From: Okamejei kenojei
Lineage: Eukaryota
Direction: 5' to 3'
Assembly: GCA_035221665.1 (NCBI GenBank)
Contig: CM069157.1
Location: forward strand, 744,001 to 784,843
Length of the DNA: 40,843 bases
The position numbers were made by a program, and so were the translations under genes. Of this stretch, positions 13,809-25,907 are shown in pieces. The notes below the pieces were generated by a model. That model was not told the DNA's origin and ran no database searches. It saw nothing but the letters and a program-made list of their open reading frames with translations. The stretch's first letter is position 1; the number at the start of each line of letters is the position of its first letter.

Positions 13809-13902
13809 CGACTGGTCACCTTTATCTGGTCGCCTTTCTTCAACTCCAGGTCATCCTGATGTTGTCGCTCGTAGTTGTACAAGGCGACAAACAGATCATC
13901 AG
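13809..13902 (-). CDS. lck: Lck SH3 exon 1: ADDLFVALYNYERQHQDDLELKKGDQIKVTSR
   Basis: tttgcag| acceptor, |gtgagt donor, 94 nt, phase 1 to 2; ALYxY...DL..KKG SH3 motif. Confidence 0.95.
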
Positions 13903-13929
13903 CTGCAAATATACAGAAGAGTGAACGGA

Positions 13930-14255
13930 CTGGTTAGAGTGCATGTGGAGATGATGTTACCACTAGTGGGAGAGTCTAGGACCAGAGGGCACAGCCCCAG
14001 AATTAAAGGACGTTCCTTCAGGAAGGAGATGAGGAGAAATTAATTTTGTCAGAGGGTGGTGAATCTGTGGAATTCTTTGCCACAGATGGCTGTGGAGGCC
14101 AAATCAGTGGATATTTTGAAAGCAGAGATAGATTCTTGATTAATACAGGTGTCAGGGGTTAGGGGGAGAAGGCAGGAGAATAGGGTTAGGAGGGATAGAT
14201 CAGCCATGATTGAATGGCGGAGTAGACTTGATGTGCTCCTGTCACTTATGATGTT
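13930..14255 (+). mobile_element. CR1-clade LINE 3' fragment
   Basis: Homologous to 772-1310. Confidence 0.8.
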
Positions 14256-14579
14256 ATGAAATGAATCAAAGCAGCCCAGATTGTGAGCAAGGTAGTTCAT
14301 TTACTGGAGGATACGGTGCAGACAAGTGAACTGCAGATGCTGGTTTACAATAAAGATGGACACAAAATGCTGGACCCAGCATGGGATACGTTTAAACTTT
14401 GTCCTTTACGTGGCAACCCTTTGCATACCTTGTGACATCATCACTGTGACAATGAAACATTCATTCGCTCATTCATTCACTCATTCATTCATTCACTCAT
14501 TCCAACATCACCCACCTGCTCCATTCATGCCAGGATCGCACGGCCATGCTTGGTTACGACTGGCCTGGTGATAACTTAC

Positions 14580-14649
14580 CCGGAAAGGGAGAGGTGGGCG
14601 GAGAATGATGCTCATATTCCACCAAGGGATCTCGAACTTCTGGATAGTT
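14580..14649 (-). CDS. lck: Lck unique-domain exon: NYPEVRDPLVEYEHHSPPTSPFP
   Basis: tttactctag| acceptor, G|gtaagt donor, 70 nt, phase 0 to 1. Matches Lck EVRDPLVTYEGSNPPASP. Absent from the ORF track in this frame. Confidence 0.93.
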
Positions 14650-16064
14650 CTAGAGTAAAATGGAAAGCAGTGATAGCCTGAGTGTTGGCACATTGACCTT
14701 CACCATAAGTTACTGAAGGAAGCAGAGATATTGTTCTCGGGCAGCCACTGTTGTGGATCTGTTTGATGGGTACAAACATCTTGGCAATCTCCACTCTTTC
14801 AAACTCTACCATTAAAGTCCATTCAGTTCTAAAAAAAAGCCCAGGTCATTTTGACTCCATGCTGATGGGTAGAATCTTCCAGAACTGATCGTTCCTTCGT
14901 AAACTTTATCCCGAACCTCTCCTGTGTCTGTGGACCCTTTTCACACGACACAGAGCCAGCGTGTTACAGCATGGAAACAGGCCCTTCGGCCCAACCATGA
15001 CATCCCATTTAAACTTGCCCCAATTGGCCCATATTCCTTTAAACATTAAAGGACACAGGGTGTGGGCGTAACTCAACAGGTCAGGCAGCATCTCTGGAGG
15101 ACATAGATAGATGACGTGTTGGGTCAGAATCTTTCTTCAGTCAGAAGAAGTGTCCTGATATGAAACATCGCTATCCATGTTCTCCACAGATGCTGCCTGA
15201 CCCGCTGAGTTACTCCAGCAATTTGCATTTAACTTTGGTTTACTGGGCTTGGGTTTGGTTATCCTGCTACAGAAAAGATGCCATAACTGATGTCAGGTCT
15301 CCACCCAACCTCCATGCTCCAGAGAGAACAATCCCAGTTTGTCCAATCTCTCCCTCTAGCTGATGCTCCCTAAACCAGGCATCATTCTGGTAAATCTCTC
15401 CAAAGCCTCCACATTCTTCCTGTAATGGGACAACCAGAATGTAGAATTGGACGAAACACCCGTGGCAGTAGATGACCCTTCAGCCCAATGCTTCTGTACT
15501 AACTGGTAACAGAGGGAGCTGGTCTATTGTGGGCCTGAGCATCACTGGTCACTGCACCCAGCACTGTGTAAATGTCCCAGAGCTTGGCTTTGATACAGAG
15601 GGCAGCTCTGGGAGACACCGCCTTGGAGTCTGATGGGAAAGGAGTTAAAGATTAACTGAAGACATGGGAGGCTGGGACCAGCTGGTTATCAGTTACTGAG
15701 TTACTCCAGCACTCTGTGTCTTCTTCTGTAAACCAGCACCTGCAGTTCCTTGTTTCCTCATTCTTCACTCACAGCTGACTACACGGGTTTCATAAATATT
15801 TACTTCCTCTGATAATGTAGGGGTGAGTCGGTTGACTTCTCTTCACCAATACCCCTGGAACACCACCACCTCTGCCCACATTTTGCTTTTAGCTTCTCAT
15901 TTCAACTCCTCTCTTTTCCAGTCTTCACCTTGTGGTCAAATCCTACCTAATGGGAGAGGGAAGAGTTAGAGGCGCGTGGGCCCAAATGTGGGACTAGTTT
16001 AGATCGGTATGTTGGTCGGCATGGGTGAGTTGGTCTGAGGCATGGTACAGTGATGCAGCTTAGA

Positions 16065-16350
16065 CCAGAGACACAACATGGAAACAGGCCCTTCAGCCCA
16101 CCGAGTCCATGCCAACCATCGATCGCCCGTTCACTAGTTCTATGTTATCCCACTTTCTCATCCACTCCCTACACACTAGGGGGTCAATCAACCTACAAAG
16201 CTGCCCGGCTTTGGTGTGTGGGAGGAAACCGGAGCACCCGGAGGAAACCCACATGGTCACATGGAGAACGTGCAAACTCCATACATACAGCACCCGAGGT
16301 CAGGAACGATCCCGGGTCTCTTGCGCTGCGAGGCAGCAGCTCTACCCACT
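16065..16350 (-). mobile_element. tRNA-derived V-SINE, divergent subfamily
   Basis: Head and V-domain conserved; 3' half differs. Confidence 0.75.
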
Positions 16351-16461
16351 CTACCTCCCATGCATCCCGTCAGTCACCAGCACATCGAAAGATATCCCTG
16401 TGTGATTTCAGGAACCATTGATGAAGCTGATTATCGGCCAGGTGCCGAGGAGGAGACTCAC

Positions 16462-16569
16462 TTGTTGCTGGTACTGCTTCTGCTCACGCTCATACTCCAG
16501 CTTGCATTGTTCACACATGTCCTCAATCCAGTTGTCATCGTCATAGTCAGAGCTGCAGTTGCAGCCCAT
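16462..16569 (-). CDS. lck: Lck first coding exon (SH4/unique domain): MGCNCSSDYDDDNWIEDMCEQCKLEYEREQKQYQQQ
   Basis: ATG at 16569, preceded by acceptor ttttccag|CAACC (exon starts 16574); donor CAA|gtgagt; 108 nt. G2/C3/C5 acylation motif plus CxxC (CEQC), as in Lck MGCGCSS...CENC. Confidence 0.95.
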
Positions 16570-16695
16570 GGTTGCTGGAAAACAAGCAGAGCCAACATCT
16601 TCAACCACAGCGACTAACGTCTTGCCTGAGGTTACGCTTCATGCCTGCAGGTGTGTACAGACTGCTCCCCTCACTCACTGCTCGGTGCAGTCACT

Positions 16696-17010
16696 TTAGT
16701 TTAGTTTAGTTTACAGTACAGTACAGGACAGACACAGGCCCTTCGGCCCACCGAGTCTGTGCTGACCAGCGACCCCCGCACACTAACACTATCCTGCACC
16801 CATTGGGGACAATTTACAATTTTACCCAAGCCAATTAACTTACAAACCTGTACATCTTTGGAGTGTAGGAGGAAACCGGAGCATCCGGAGAAAACCAACG
16901 CAGGTCACGGGGAGAACGTGCAAACTCCGTACAGACAGCACCTGTAGTCAGGATGGAACCCGGGTCCCTGACTCTGTGAGGCAGCAGCTCCACCCGCTGC
17001 ACCACCATGC
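16696..17010 (-). mobile_element. tRNA-derived V-SINE (HE1-like) about 120 bp upstream of the lck start exon
   Basis: Full-length reverse-complement copy with a (CTAAA)n tail. Confidence 0.85.
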
Positions 17011-18169
17011 CAGCTAAAACCTCTTGATGTGAAGGGGTTATCACTACCCGTTACACTTTCCATTGCCTTGCTTGTCAGGAACTGGAGTCACTTGTATCTA
17101 ACAATGTTGCACAGTTCATCATTCAGAACAGTAGCTGTTACTCTGATATTTATTTGAAGGATTTTTACAGCAGCATTGATCAAGGTTTCAAGGGGATATG
17201 GGTTGAATGCAGGTGAATGGGACTTGTTTATCTGGGGCACATTGGTCAGAATGCACACGCTGGGCTGAAGGGCCTGTTTCCATGCTGTACACCTCTACGG
17301 CAGTGTACAATGGCCCTAGAACTTCACAGTCTTCCAAAATTTGTTATTTACCTACTTCTGAGGAAAGTACTGATGAGGTTTATTGCCTTGACAGATTAAC
17401 TCAATTCCTCTCTCCACAGACGCTGCCTGGCCTGCTGAGTATTTGTTTTATCTCCAGCATCTTGTAGGATTTTGACGTGTGGACAATTTCCTGTTTCCTT
17501 TACTAGAACCTTGCTACACACATCCATGGTACCGCTCGGCCCATCCACTCTATCCTAGCCCTATTCTCCACCGTGTAAGTATCCAGCATCATTGCCGCTT
17601 GGATGGGAAGGTCGCAAGGTTTGGCTCGGTCTCTGCACAGTCGGGATGCAAGTTATTGCTGTATTCCGGCTACTGAACCATCCTAATGCAACCAGAGAGC
17701 AGTCTTGTGCTACTATCTACCTCACCAGGGACTCTTGGACTATCCTTGATCGGACTTTACTGGCTTCACCTTGCACTAAACGTTTTTCCCTTCTCATGTA
17801 CTTGTACACAGTAAATGGCTGGATTGTAATCATGTGTTGTCTTTCTGCTGACTGGTCAGCACGCAACTAAAGCTTTTCACTGTACCTCAGTACACGTGAC
17901 AATAAACTGAACTGAAGTCGCATTGGCCAGAGTCCAGATTTAGCCTGATGTGACACGTTAAATTGCAGCTTATTCCGGGTGAAAACACGCAGAGGCTTCA
18001 CGGTTCACATGTTTAGGTTACATTCTGCCACAGACACTCACACATTCCCAGAGAGGATTTTATTGCTCAGCTGAAACTAATAGAAGAGGTATGCGTGGAC
18101 CTGTGCACCATGCCTCTGGGAAACATATTTCATCAACAGATACAGGTTTCCCTGGGTAGCTGTCTCCAG

Positions 18170-18470
18170 AGTCACAGAACTGTACAGCACGGAAACAGGC
18201 CCTTCGGCCCACCTTGTCCATGCCGACCAAGTTGCCGACTGGGCTAGTCCCATTGCCTGTATTCGGCTCATAGCCCTCTAAACCCTTTCTATCTGTCTGT
18301 ATCTGTCCAAATGATGATGTCTGTCTAAAAGTTGTAATTGTATCTACAGCTTCCTCTGGCAGCTCATTCCAGATACAGACTACCCTCTGAGTGAAAAAAG
18401 TTGCCCCCAGGTCCCTCTTAAATCTCTCTGCGCTCTCACCTTAAACCTGTGCCCTCTGCTTTTAGAATCC
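18170..18470 (-). mobile_element. CR1-clade LINE 3' fragment
   Basis: Minus-strand DSKSRGHRFKVR and the family 3' end. Confidence 0.75.
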
Positions 18471-18959
18471 TCTACCTGGCTCAAACCTTTCTCAGTTAAA
18501 ATATTGGAAATTAATCTTGTAAGATTATCAGGGAGACAATGTTTCTGTTTTCCTTTGACATTTTCATCTGCTCGTGATGCTATCGTCACCTCACGCACTA
18601 ATACTATCATGGAATTTCCGTGACTAACGTGTTTGTTTAAACAGAAGAGAAAATGATATCTGTGCGAAAAAACTTTCCTAACAAAACCTCACACTGGTAA
18701 TCTTTCTTGAAGCAACAACAAATCAGTATTCATTTTATTAAATAAAACCTTAGATTATAAAAACACACATATCTGTATTTTATATCACTTAGTGCAAATA
18801 TTCAAATCGCTTGCCAAGAAGTTTGCCAGAAGTAACAAGAGACTGAAGAAGAGTCCCGAACTGAAACGTCACCGATCCATGTTCTCCACAGATGCTGCCT
18901 GACCGGCTGAGTTACTCCAGCACTCCGTGAAACGTCACCTATCCATGTTCTCCACAGAT

Positions 18960-19415
18960 GCTGCAGAGATGCTACCTGACCCAAAATGCTGGAGTAACTC
19001 AACGGGACAGGCAGCATCCCTGGAAAGAAGGAATAAGTGACGTTTCGGGTGGAGACTGAAAGTGATGGGAAAGGGAAACTAGAGACACAGATATAGATGA
19101 TGATGTAGAGAGATAAGGAACAAATGAATGAAAGATAAGCAAAAAAATAACGATGATAATGGAAACGGCAAACTGTCAGCTGTTTGCTAGGTGAGAACGA
19201 GAAGCTGGTGTGATGGGTGGGGGAGAGATGGAGAGGGAATGCAGGGGTTACGTGAAGTTAGAGAAATCAATATTCATACCACTGGGCTGTAAGCTGCCCA
19301 AGCAAAATATAAGATGCTGTTCCTCCAATTTGCGTTTAGCCTCACTCTGACAATGGAGGAGGCCTAGGACAGAAAGCTAAGTGTGGGAATGGGAAGGAGA
19401 ATTAAAGTGTTTAGC
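18960..19415 (-). mobile_element. Penelope-like retroelement 3' fragment (GIY-YIG endonuclease C-terminus plus 3' UTR)
   Basis: 19415 to 19248 translates AKHFNSPSHSHT*LSVLGLLHCQSEAKRKLEEQHLIFCLGSLQPSGMNIDFSNFT*, resembling the Penelope GIY-YIG C-terminus. Its 3' UTR is homologous to 2055-2255. Confidence 0.8.
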
Positions 19416-20039
19416 AGCGGAAAGACTATGCATGATTACAATCGAGCCGTTCACAGTGTATAGATCCATGATAAGCGAATAACACATCCATCCTGGGATG
19501 TACATCCAAACGCAACAGCGAGTGCAGCCCCCGTGACTCTGACAACTGCCTTGCTGCAAGAACCAGGCAGAGCTGCCAAACTACCAGTGCAGCAGTATTT
19601 TGTGGTGAGCATGTTGCTTGGTTTGTGTGTCACTGCTGTGGTCAACCTGCACTGAAATAGTTTCCATGCCTGCTTTGTCCATTTTTTGAGGTTTTCATAA
19701 CTCAAGAAGTATGACATAAAACTGTTCACAACTGTGTCAGCGCAAGGCTGATAGTTGTGCAAACTTTCCATGCCAGGGTTGGTCAAACATCGGCAACTAC
19801 CTAAGCATCAGTCTGTGAAGCCCCTGCCCACCCCCACCCCCACCAACCCCCCACCCCTCCCCGTCACCCCCCCTCACCCCCCTCAAAGCCTTGAATGCCA
19901 AGAGGGTGAAGCAGCTGAGAACATCCTGGACTTACAACAAAAGACCTGGAAGAAACATTTAGACAGGTACATGGAATGGACATGTTTAGAGGGATAGAGG
20001 CAAAGATAATCCCCTTGCACCCCAACGGACCAATACAGT

Positions 20040-20330
20040 TCATAAGGTCATACTTTACTGCAGCAGAATTAGGCCATTCGGCCCATCGAGTCTAATCTGC
20101 CATTCAAGCATGGTTGATCTATCTCTCCCTCTCAACCACATTCTCCTGCCTTCTCCCCATAACCCATGAGACCCGTACTAATCAAGAATCTATCTATCTC
20201 TGCCTTAAAATTGACTTGACCTTCTGTGTCAATGACTTCCACAGAATCATCACCCTCTGATGAAAGAAATTCCTCCTCATCTTTTTCCTGAAGGAACGTC
20301 CTTTAATTCTGAAGCTGTGCCCTCTGGTCC
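20040..20330 (-). mobile_element. CR1-clade LINE 3' fragment
   Basis: Reverse complement of the 772-1310 3' region. Confidence 0.8.
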
Positions 20331-20333
20331 TGT

Positions 20334-21215
20334 GGGGGGGACGGGGAAGGGGGAGGGGGTGGGGGGGGAGGTGGGGTTGGAGGGGGAGAGGGGGGAGGTG
20401 GGGGAGGAGGGGAGAGAGGAGGGGGAGGAGGGGGAGGAGGGGGAGGGGGAGGAGGGGGGAGGGGGAGGGGGGGAGGAGGGGGAGGAGGTGGGAGGGAGGG
20501 GAGGTGGAGGGGGGAGGGGAGGAGGGTGGGGGAGGAGGGGAGGGGAGGGGGGAAGGGGGGGAGGGTGGAGGGGGAGGAGGGGGGGTGGAGGGGAGGTGGA
20601 GGGGGTGAGGGGGAGGAGGTGGAGGTGGAGGAGGGGAAGGAGGGGGAGGAGGGGGGAGGGGGGGAGGGGAGGGGGGTGGGTAGGGGGGAGGGGGAGGTGG
20701 GAGGAGGGGGAGGGGGAGGAGGGGGAGGGGGGAGGGGGAGGTGGAGGGGGGGATTGGAGNNNNNNNNNNNNNNNNNNNNNNNNNNNNNNNNNNNNNNNNN
20801 NNNNNNNNNNNNNNNNNNNNNNNNNNNNNNNNNNNNNNNNNNNNNNNNNNNNNNNNNNNNNNNNNNNNNNNNNNNNNNNNNNNNNNNNNNNNNNNNNNNN
20901 NNNNNNNNNNNNNNNAGGGGGGTGGGTGGGGGAGGGGGAGGAGGAGGTGGTGGAGGGGGGGTTGGAGGGGAGGAGCGGTGAGGGGGAGGAGAGGAGAGGA
21001 GGGGTGGAGGGCGGCGGGGATTAGGAGACGGGAGGAGGGGGGGGGGAGGAGGCGGGAGGGGGGGGAGGAGGGGGGGGGGGGGAGGGGTGGAGGGAAGGGT
21101 GAGGGTGGGTTGGGGGAGGTAGGGGTGAGGAGGTGGGAGGGGGGGAGGGGGGGAGGGGGGAGGGGGAGGGGGGGGGTGGAGGGGGGGGAGGGGGGAGGGG
21201 GAGGAGGGGGAGGGG
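20334..21215. repeat. G-rich polypurine low-complexity tract spanning an assembly gap
   Basis: (GGA/GGGGA)n-like sequence. Confidence 0.9.
20760..20915. other. Assembly gap (156 N)
   Basis: Run of N. Confidence 1.
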
Positions 21216-23003
21216 TGGATTCTTTTCTTCACATTGGGGGGTGAGTGGGAGGCATCAGGGCTGGTTTTAGATTAAGAGAAGCCCTACGCTATTGCACTTG
21301 TGAGGCCCCTCCCAATCCCCCACCCCCACCATGAGTGGAAGATGGAAGAGTCCACCAGATTGACACCGATGTGCAGCCGAGCGTGGCCAATCAGATAAGG
21401 GGCAGGAAAGCTGCACTATTTATTTATTTATTTATTGCCAGCGCTAGTGTCGAGTTATCGGCTTAAAACACTATTATTCTGAAATGGAGGGCAAGGAAAA
21501 TTACTGAAGGGTTGTTTAGAGACAAGAGTGCGTTGTGACAGCATATGTAAGAAAGGCCTATGACAGTGTCAAAAATATTATACACCAGGCCCGTACGAAG
21601 CTTTTCAAAAAGGAGGGTGGCATGGCAGGATTACGAAAAATTTATGTGAAATAAGTGCACGCAGCGCATATCACAAGTGCGAAGCTCAAAGACGCTTGCA
21701 GCCGGGGTCCAGGGCCCGCTTAAGGACCCTGGAAGCTCTGGGGCTTTAGATGCTCTCTGTTGCATTCTGAGCCTTATTTTGGAGCATTTTTGCACCAAAT
21801 CTATGGCCAATATTTCAGAAATAATTTTGGTTGAGTCAAGAGTAATGAGTGGTTGGAATGGGATGATTGGGGTCATTGTTGTATACATTTTCTTTAATGA
21901 AAAATTGAAGTTGTCCTTAATAATCAAGTTGTACTGTAAAATGATATGTAAAATGTTATAAAGGAGCATGCAAACATTGCAAACAAAACACTGTAAGTTT
22001 TTGCAGTAAATAAAACCTTTTTTTAGGAAATGTTTTGTGTGTTGATTTGATTGTCTTTTACTGTTCGACTGTGTTAGTGTGTGCATGTTAAAAATATGAT
22101 GCAAAATGAAAGTCGCAAACTATGGAACTCATATTTTTCAGTATTGTTATCAAGGAAAAGAAAGCAGTTCCAATAGTTTGATATTATTCATATGGAGGAG
22201 AAAATATAATTGCTCTAAAACCTACCTTAATTTTGCAATCTCACTAAAGATAATCGCCCTTCCCCTCTACCCCCCTCTCTTTCCCCCTCCCCCCCCCTCC
22301 CCACCTCTCCTCCCCCTCCACTCTCTCTCTCTCCCTCCCTCACTTTTCTCTTCCCCCTTCCCCCTCATCCTCTCCTCTCACTCCACACCCTCACCCCCCC
22401 CCCCCTCTCTCTCTCTCTCCCCCCCTCCCCTCCCTCTCTCTCCCCCCAATCTGTCTCAACCCCCCCTTTTCCCCTTTTTCACACCTACCCCTCCTCTCTC
22501 ACCCTCCCACGCAGCGAGGCTCCGACTCCGTGCCACAGACACCGCAGCCCCTCCCTTTCCCCCCCGGCCCGGAGAAACGGGCACTCCGGCAACGCAATAT
22601 TCCACCACTTACCTGGAGTAGACACGAGTCATCGAGGTGATTGTGTGGAGTGGAAATGGAGATCTGAACCCGCCCGGGCCCACTGGTCACACGCGGAGAG
22701 GCAGCGTCATTTTGTGTCGCTACTGCGTCACCGGCTTTTCCCAACTGCGCAGGCGCGGATGGTTGCAATTTTTTTCCCCAAAACTTCCAGCGGCCGGAAC
22801 CAGAATTTCGGATAATTTCCGTTAAAGTGGAAACGCTGATCGCGCTCCAATTTTTTTTTTGTTGGGTTTGTTTTACTCTGGAAAAAAAACATCTTGGCCG
22901 GAGGCCCCCTAGATTTTGAGGCCGTAGGCTTCAACCTATGATGAGGCCTGTAGGCAAATCCGGCCCTGCCGAGGCCCCCTAGATCTCGAGGCCCTAAACC
23001 TAA

Positions 23004-23377
23004 GGGGTTCTTAAGGGGTTGGACAGGCTAGATGCAGGAAGATTGTTCCTGATGTTGGGGAACTCCAGAACAAGGGGTCACAGTTTAAGGATAAGGGGGA
23101 AGTCTTTTAGGACCGAGATGAGAAGATCTTTTTTCACACAGAGAGTGGTGAATCTGTGGAATTCTCTGCCACAGAACGTAGTTGAGGCCAGTTCATTTGC
23201 TACATTTAAGAGGGAGTTAGATGTGGCCCTTGTGGTTAAAGGGATCAGTGGGTATGGAGAGAAGGCAGGTACGGGATACTGAGTTGGATGATCAGCCATG
23301 ATCATATTGAATGGCAGTGCAGGTTTGAAGGGCCGAATGGCCTACTCCTGCACCTATTTTCTATGATTCTATGATTC
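23004..23377 (+). mobile_element. CR1-clade LINE 3' fragment
   Basis: RTRGHSLRIRGKSFRTEMRRSFFTQRVVNLWNSLP; (TTCTATG)-type tail. Confidence 0.9.
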
Positions 23378-24259
23378 TAAACAAACTTGTGAAGCTTATA
23401 CGTAAATCTGGCCCTGGGTGCACTGGTGACAAGGCCACCATTGATTGTCCATCCCTGGGCTAGTAGATTGGGTGGAGTCACCTTCCTGATTGCTGCAATC
23501 CTTCCACTGAAGGTGGGTTGATGTGGAGGATAACCCAGGATATCGGCTCCAGTGTGAGGGAGGACCGGAGGCAATGATCCTGCTCAGGATGGCTTTTGGC
23601 TTGGAAGGGAATATTTATCGGCCATTTATTGGTGGAGCTCGGGGGTTTTGTCTAACATTTGACAGGGGAAATGATCATAAATGGGGCAGCCAAAAGCTCA
23701 CTCAGCACACTGACTGATGCACATGGTTTGAAGTACGTCCTGTCTTTATTGAGGAAGGAAATACTGCTGGATTCTCAGTAAAGGAAGATGAACAGACTCA
23801 AGATGAGCTAAACCTGTTATAGTGGAGGTGGGAGAAATTGTTGATAAATGTGGCATCGTTTATAACTGTAACCTTTACGCACATCCGTCTGTCCGCCAAG
23901 AAGCGCTCACTCTGTCCGTACTGACAGGAAACGCACGGTGGATAAAATACCTGGTTCTAGGAGTTGGATCACAGCTCATGGCACGGATTAAAGATTGAAA
24001 TTGGGGTATTGGCCACAAATGTCACAACATTGACAGACATGGGAACAAGAAACACAAAGTGCTGGAGGAACCCAGTGGGTCAGGCAGCATCTGTGGGGGA
24101 TGGACAGGTGATGTTTCGGGTTGGGACCCTCCCATTCTCTCTGTGTGTCTACAGATGGAGGGGTGGGGGAACTGAACATGTTTTGCTCCTGATCAAAGAA
24201 TATGTCCAGCAACGGCACATCAGTCAACTTTACCTGGGTAGTGGCAGAAGTTTAAAAGT

Positions 24260-24545
24260 TTAGTTTAGTTTATTGTCACGTGCTCCGAGGTACAGTGAAA
24301 AGCTTTACGTTGCATGCTAACTAGTAGTGGAAAGACTGCATGATTACAATCCAGCCATTCACAAATGTACAGATGCATGATAAGGGAATAACGTATAAAG
24401 TCCAGTAAAGATAGTCCGAGTGTCTCCAATGAGGTAGATGGGGGGTCAGGACCGCTCTCTAGTCTAGTTTGTGATAGGATGGTTCAGTTGCCTGAGAACA
24501 GCTGTGAAGAATTTGGCCCTGAATCTGGAGGTGTGCGTTTTCACA
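24260..24545 (-). mobile_element. 3' end of a further non-LTR retrotransposon family (other copies at ~4340-4480 -, 12800-12960 -, 17660-17915 +, 32580-32650 -)
   Basis: Shared terminus TTTTCACTGTACCTCGGTACACGTGACAATAAACT(AAAC)n with variable 5' truncation; clade not determined. Confidence 0.7.
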
Positions 24546-24687
24546 CCGCGAGTGATAATTGTACACAGAATTAGGAGTCTGCACCCTCTGGTGAAGCTTT
24601 GTCCCTCATCACTCTCCCTGCTACCAGTTACATGTTGTCACTGCCCCTGCCCTTTGGTCCCTCTGCTAGGAGAGGGGCCAAAGGGCA

Positions 24688-24720
24688 CCAATACCGATAC
24701 CAATACTGATACCAACACCA

Positions 24721-24757
<37 letters not shown>

Positions 24758-25505
24758 TACCAATACTGATACCAACACCAACACCGATACCGACACCAAC
24801 ACCGACACCGACACCGATACCAACACCGACACCAACACCGACACCAACACCAACACCAACACTGATACCAACACCAATACCAACACCAACACCGACACCG
24901 ATACCAACACCGACACCGATACCAACACCGACACCGATACCAACACCGACACCAACACCGACACCAACACCGACACCAACACCGACACCGATACCAACAC
25001 CGACACCGATACCAACACCGACACCAACACCGACACCAACACCGACACCAACACCGACACCAACACCAACACCGACACCGATACCAACACCGATACCAAC
25101 ACCGATACAACACCCGATACCGACACCGACACCGACACCAACACCGACACCAACACCAATACCAAACACTGACACCGACACCGACACCGACACCAACACC
25201 GACACCAACACCGACACCGACACCGATACCAACACCGATACCAACACCAACACCGATACCGACACCGACACCAACACCGACACCAACACCGACACCAACA
25301 CCGACACCAACACTGATACCAACACCGATACCAACACCGACACCGACACCGATACCGACACCGACACCAACACCGACACCAACACCGACACCAACACCGA
25401 CACCAACACTGATACCAACACCGACACCGACACCGACACCGATACCAACACCGACACCGACACCGTTACCAACACCGACACCAACACCGACACCGATACC
25501 AATAT
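24688..25505. repeat. Hexamer microsatellite (ACACCG/ACACCA/ATACCA)n
   Basis: Visible array; yields TD/TN, VS/VL and VG pseudo-ORFs. Confidence 0.95.
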
Positions 25506-25907
25506 CACCAGTAGTTGGGCCGAAGTGCCTATTTCTACACTGTAAGGCTGTATGACTCTGTGAATATATGACCAATACTGGAACCAATACCAACACTATT
25601 ACTAATATTGATACCAATACCAATACCAATACATTACTGGGTCTGTCTCAGGCTTAGAGGAAACGCATCTTTCCACCTTCCATGAAAACAAATCTTCACT
25701 GCCAACTTGGATGAAGTACGCCAAGATAAAACTCTCAGTCTGGAGAAGGGTCTCGACCCGAAACATCACCCATTCCTTCCCTCTAGAGATGCTGCCTGAC
25801 CCATTGAGTTACTCCAGCATTTTATGTCCAAATCAGGAGAAAAGTTGGCGGCTGAATTTTTGTTGACGGTTTTGTAAAAAATTGACCAAAAAAAAGCAAG
25901 TACCATC

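Noticed and set aside
15770-15860. Possible extra lck exon (ttccag...gtgagt on the minus strand)
   Set aside because: Stops in all three frames, and the flanking real exons already join in phase.
18030-18160. Possible proximal non-coding exon ending T|gtgagt at ~18042
   Set aside because: Weak exon-side match and no other support.
20260-21244. Gly/Glu-rich and Pro-rich ORFs
   Set aside because: Low-complexity tract running through an N gap.
24471-25629. TD/TN-, VS- and VG-repeat ORFs
   Set aside because: Translations of a hexamer microsatellite; no splice or domain evidence.
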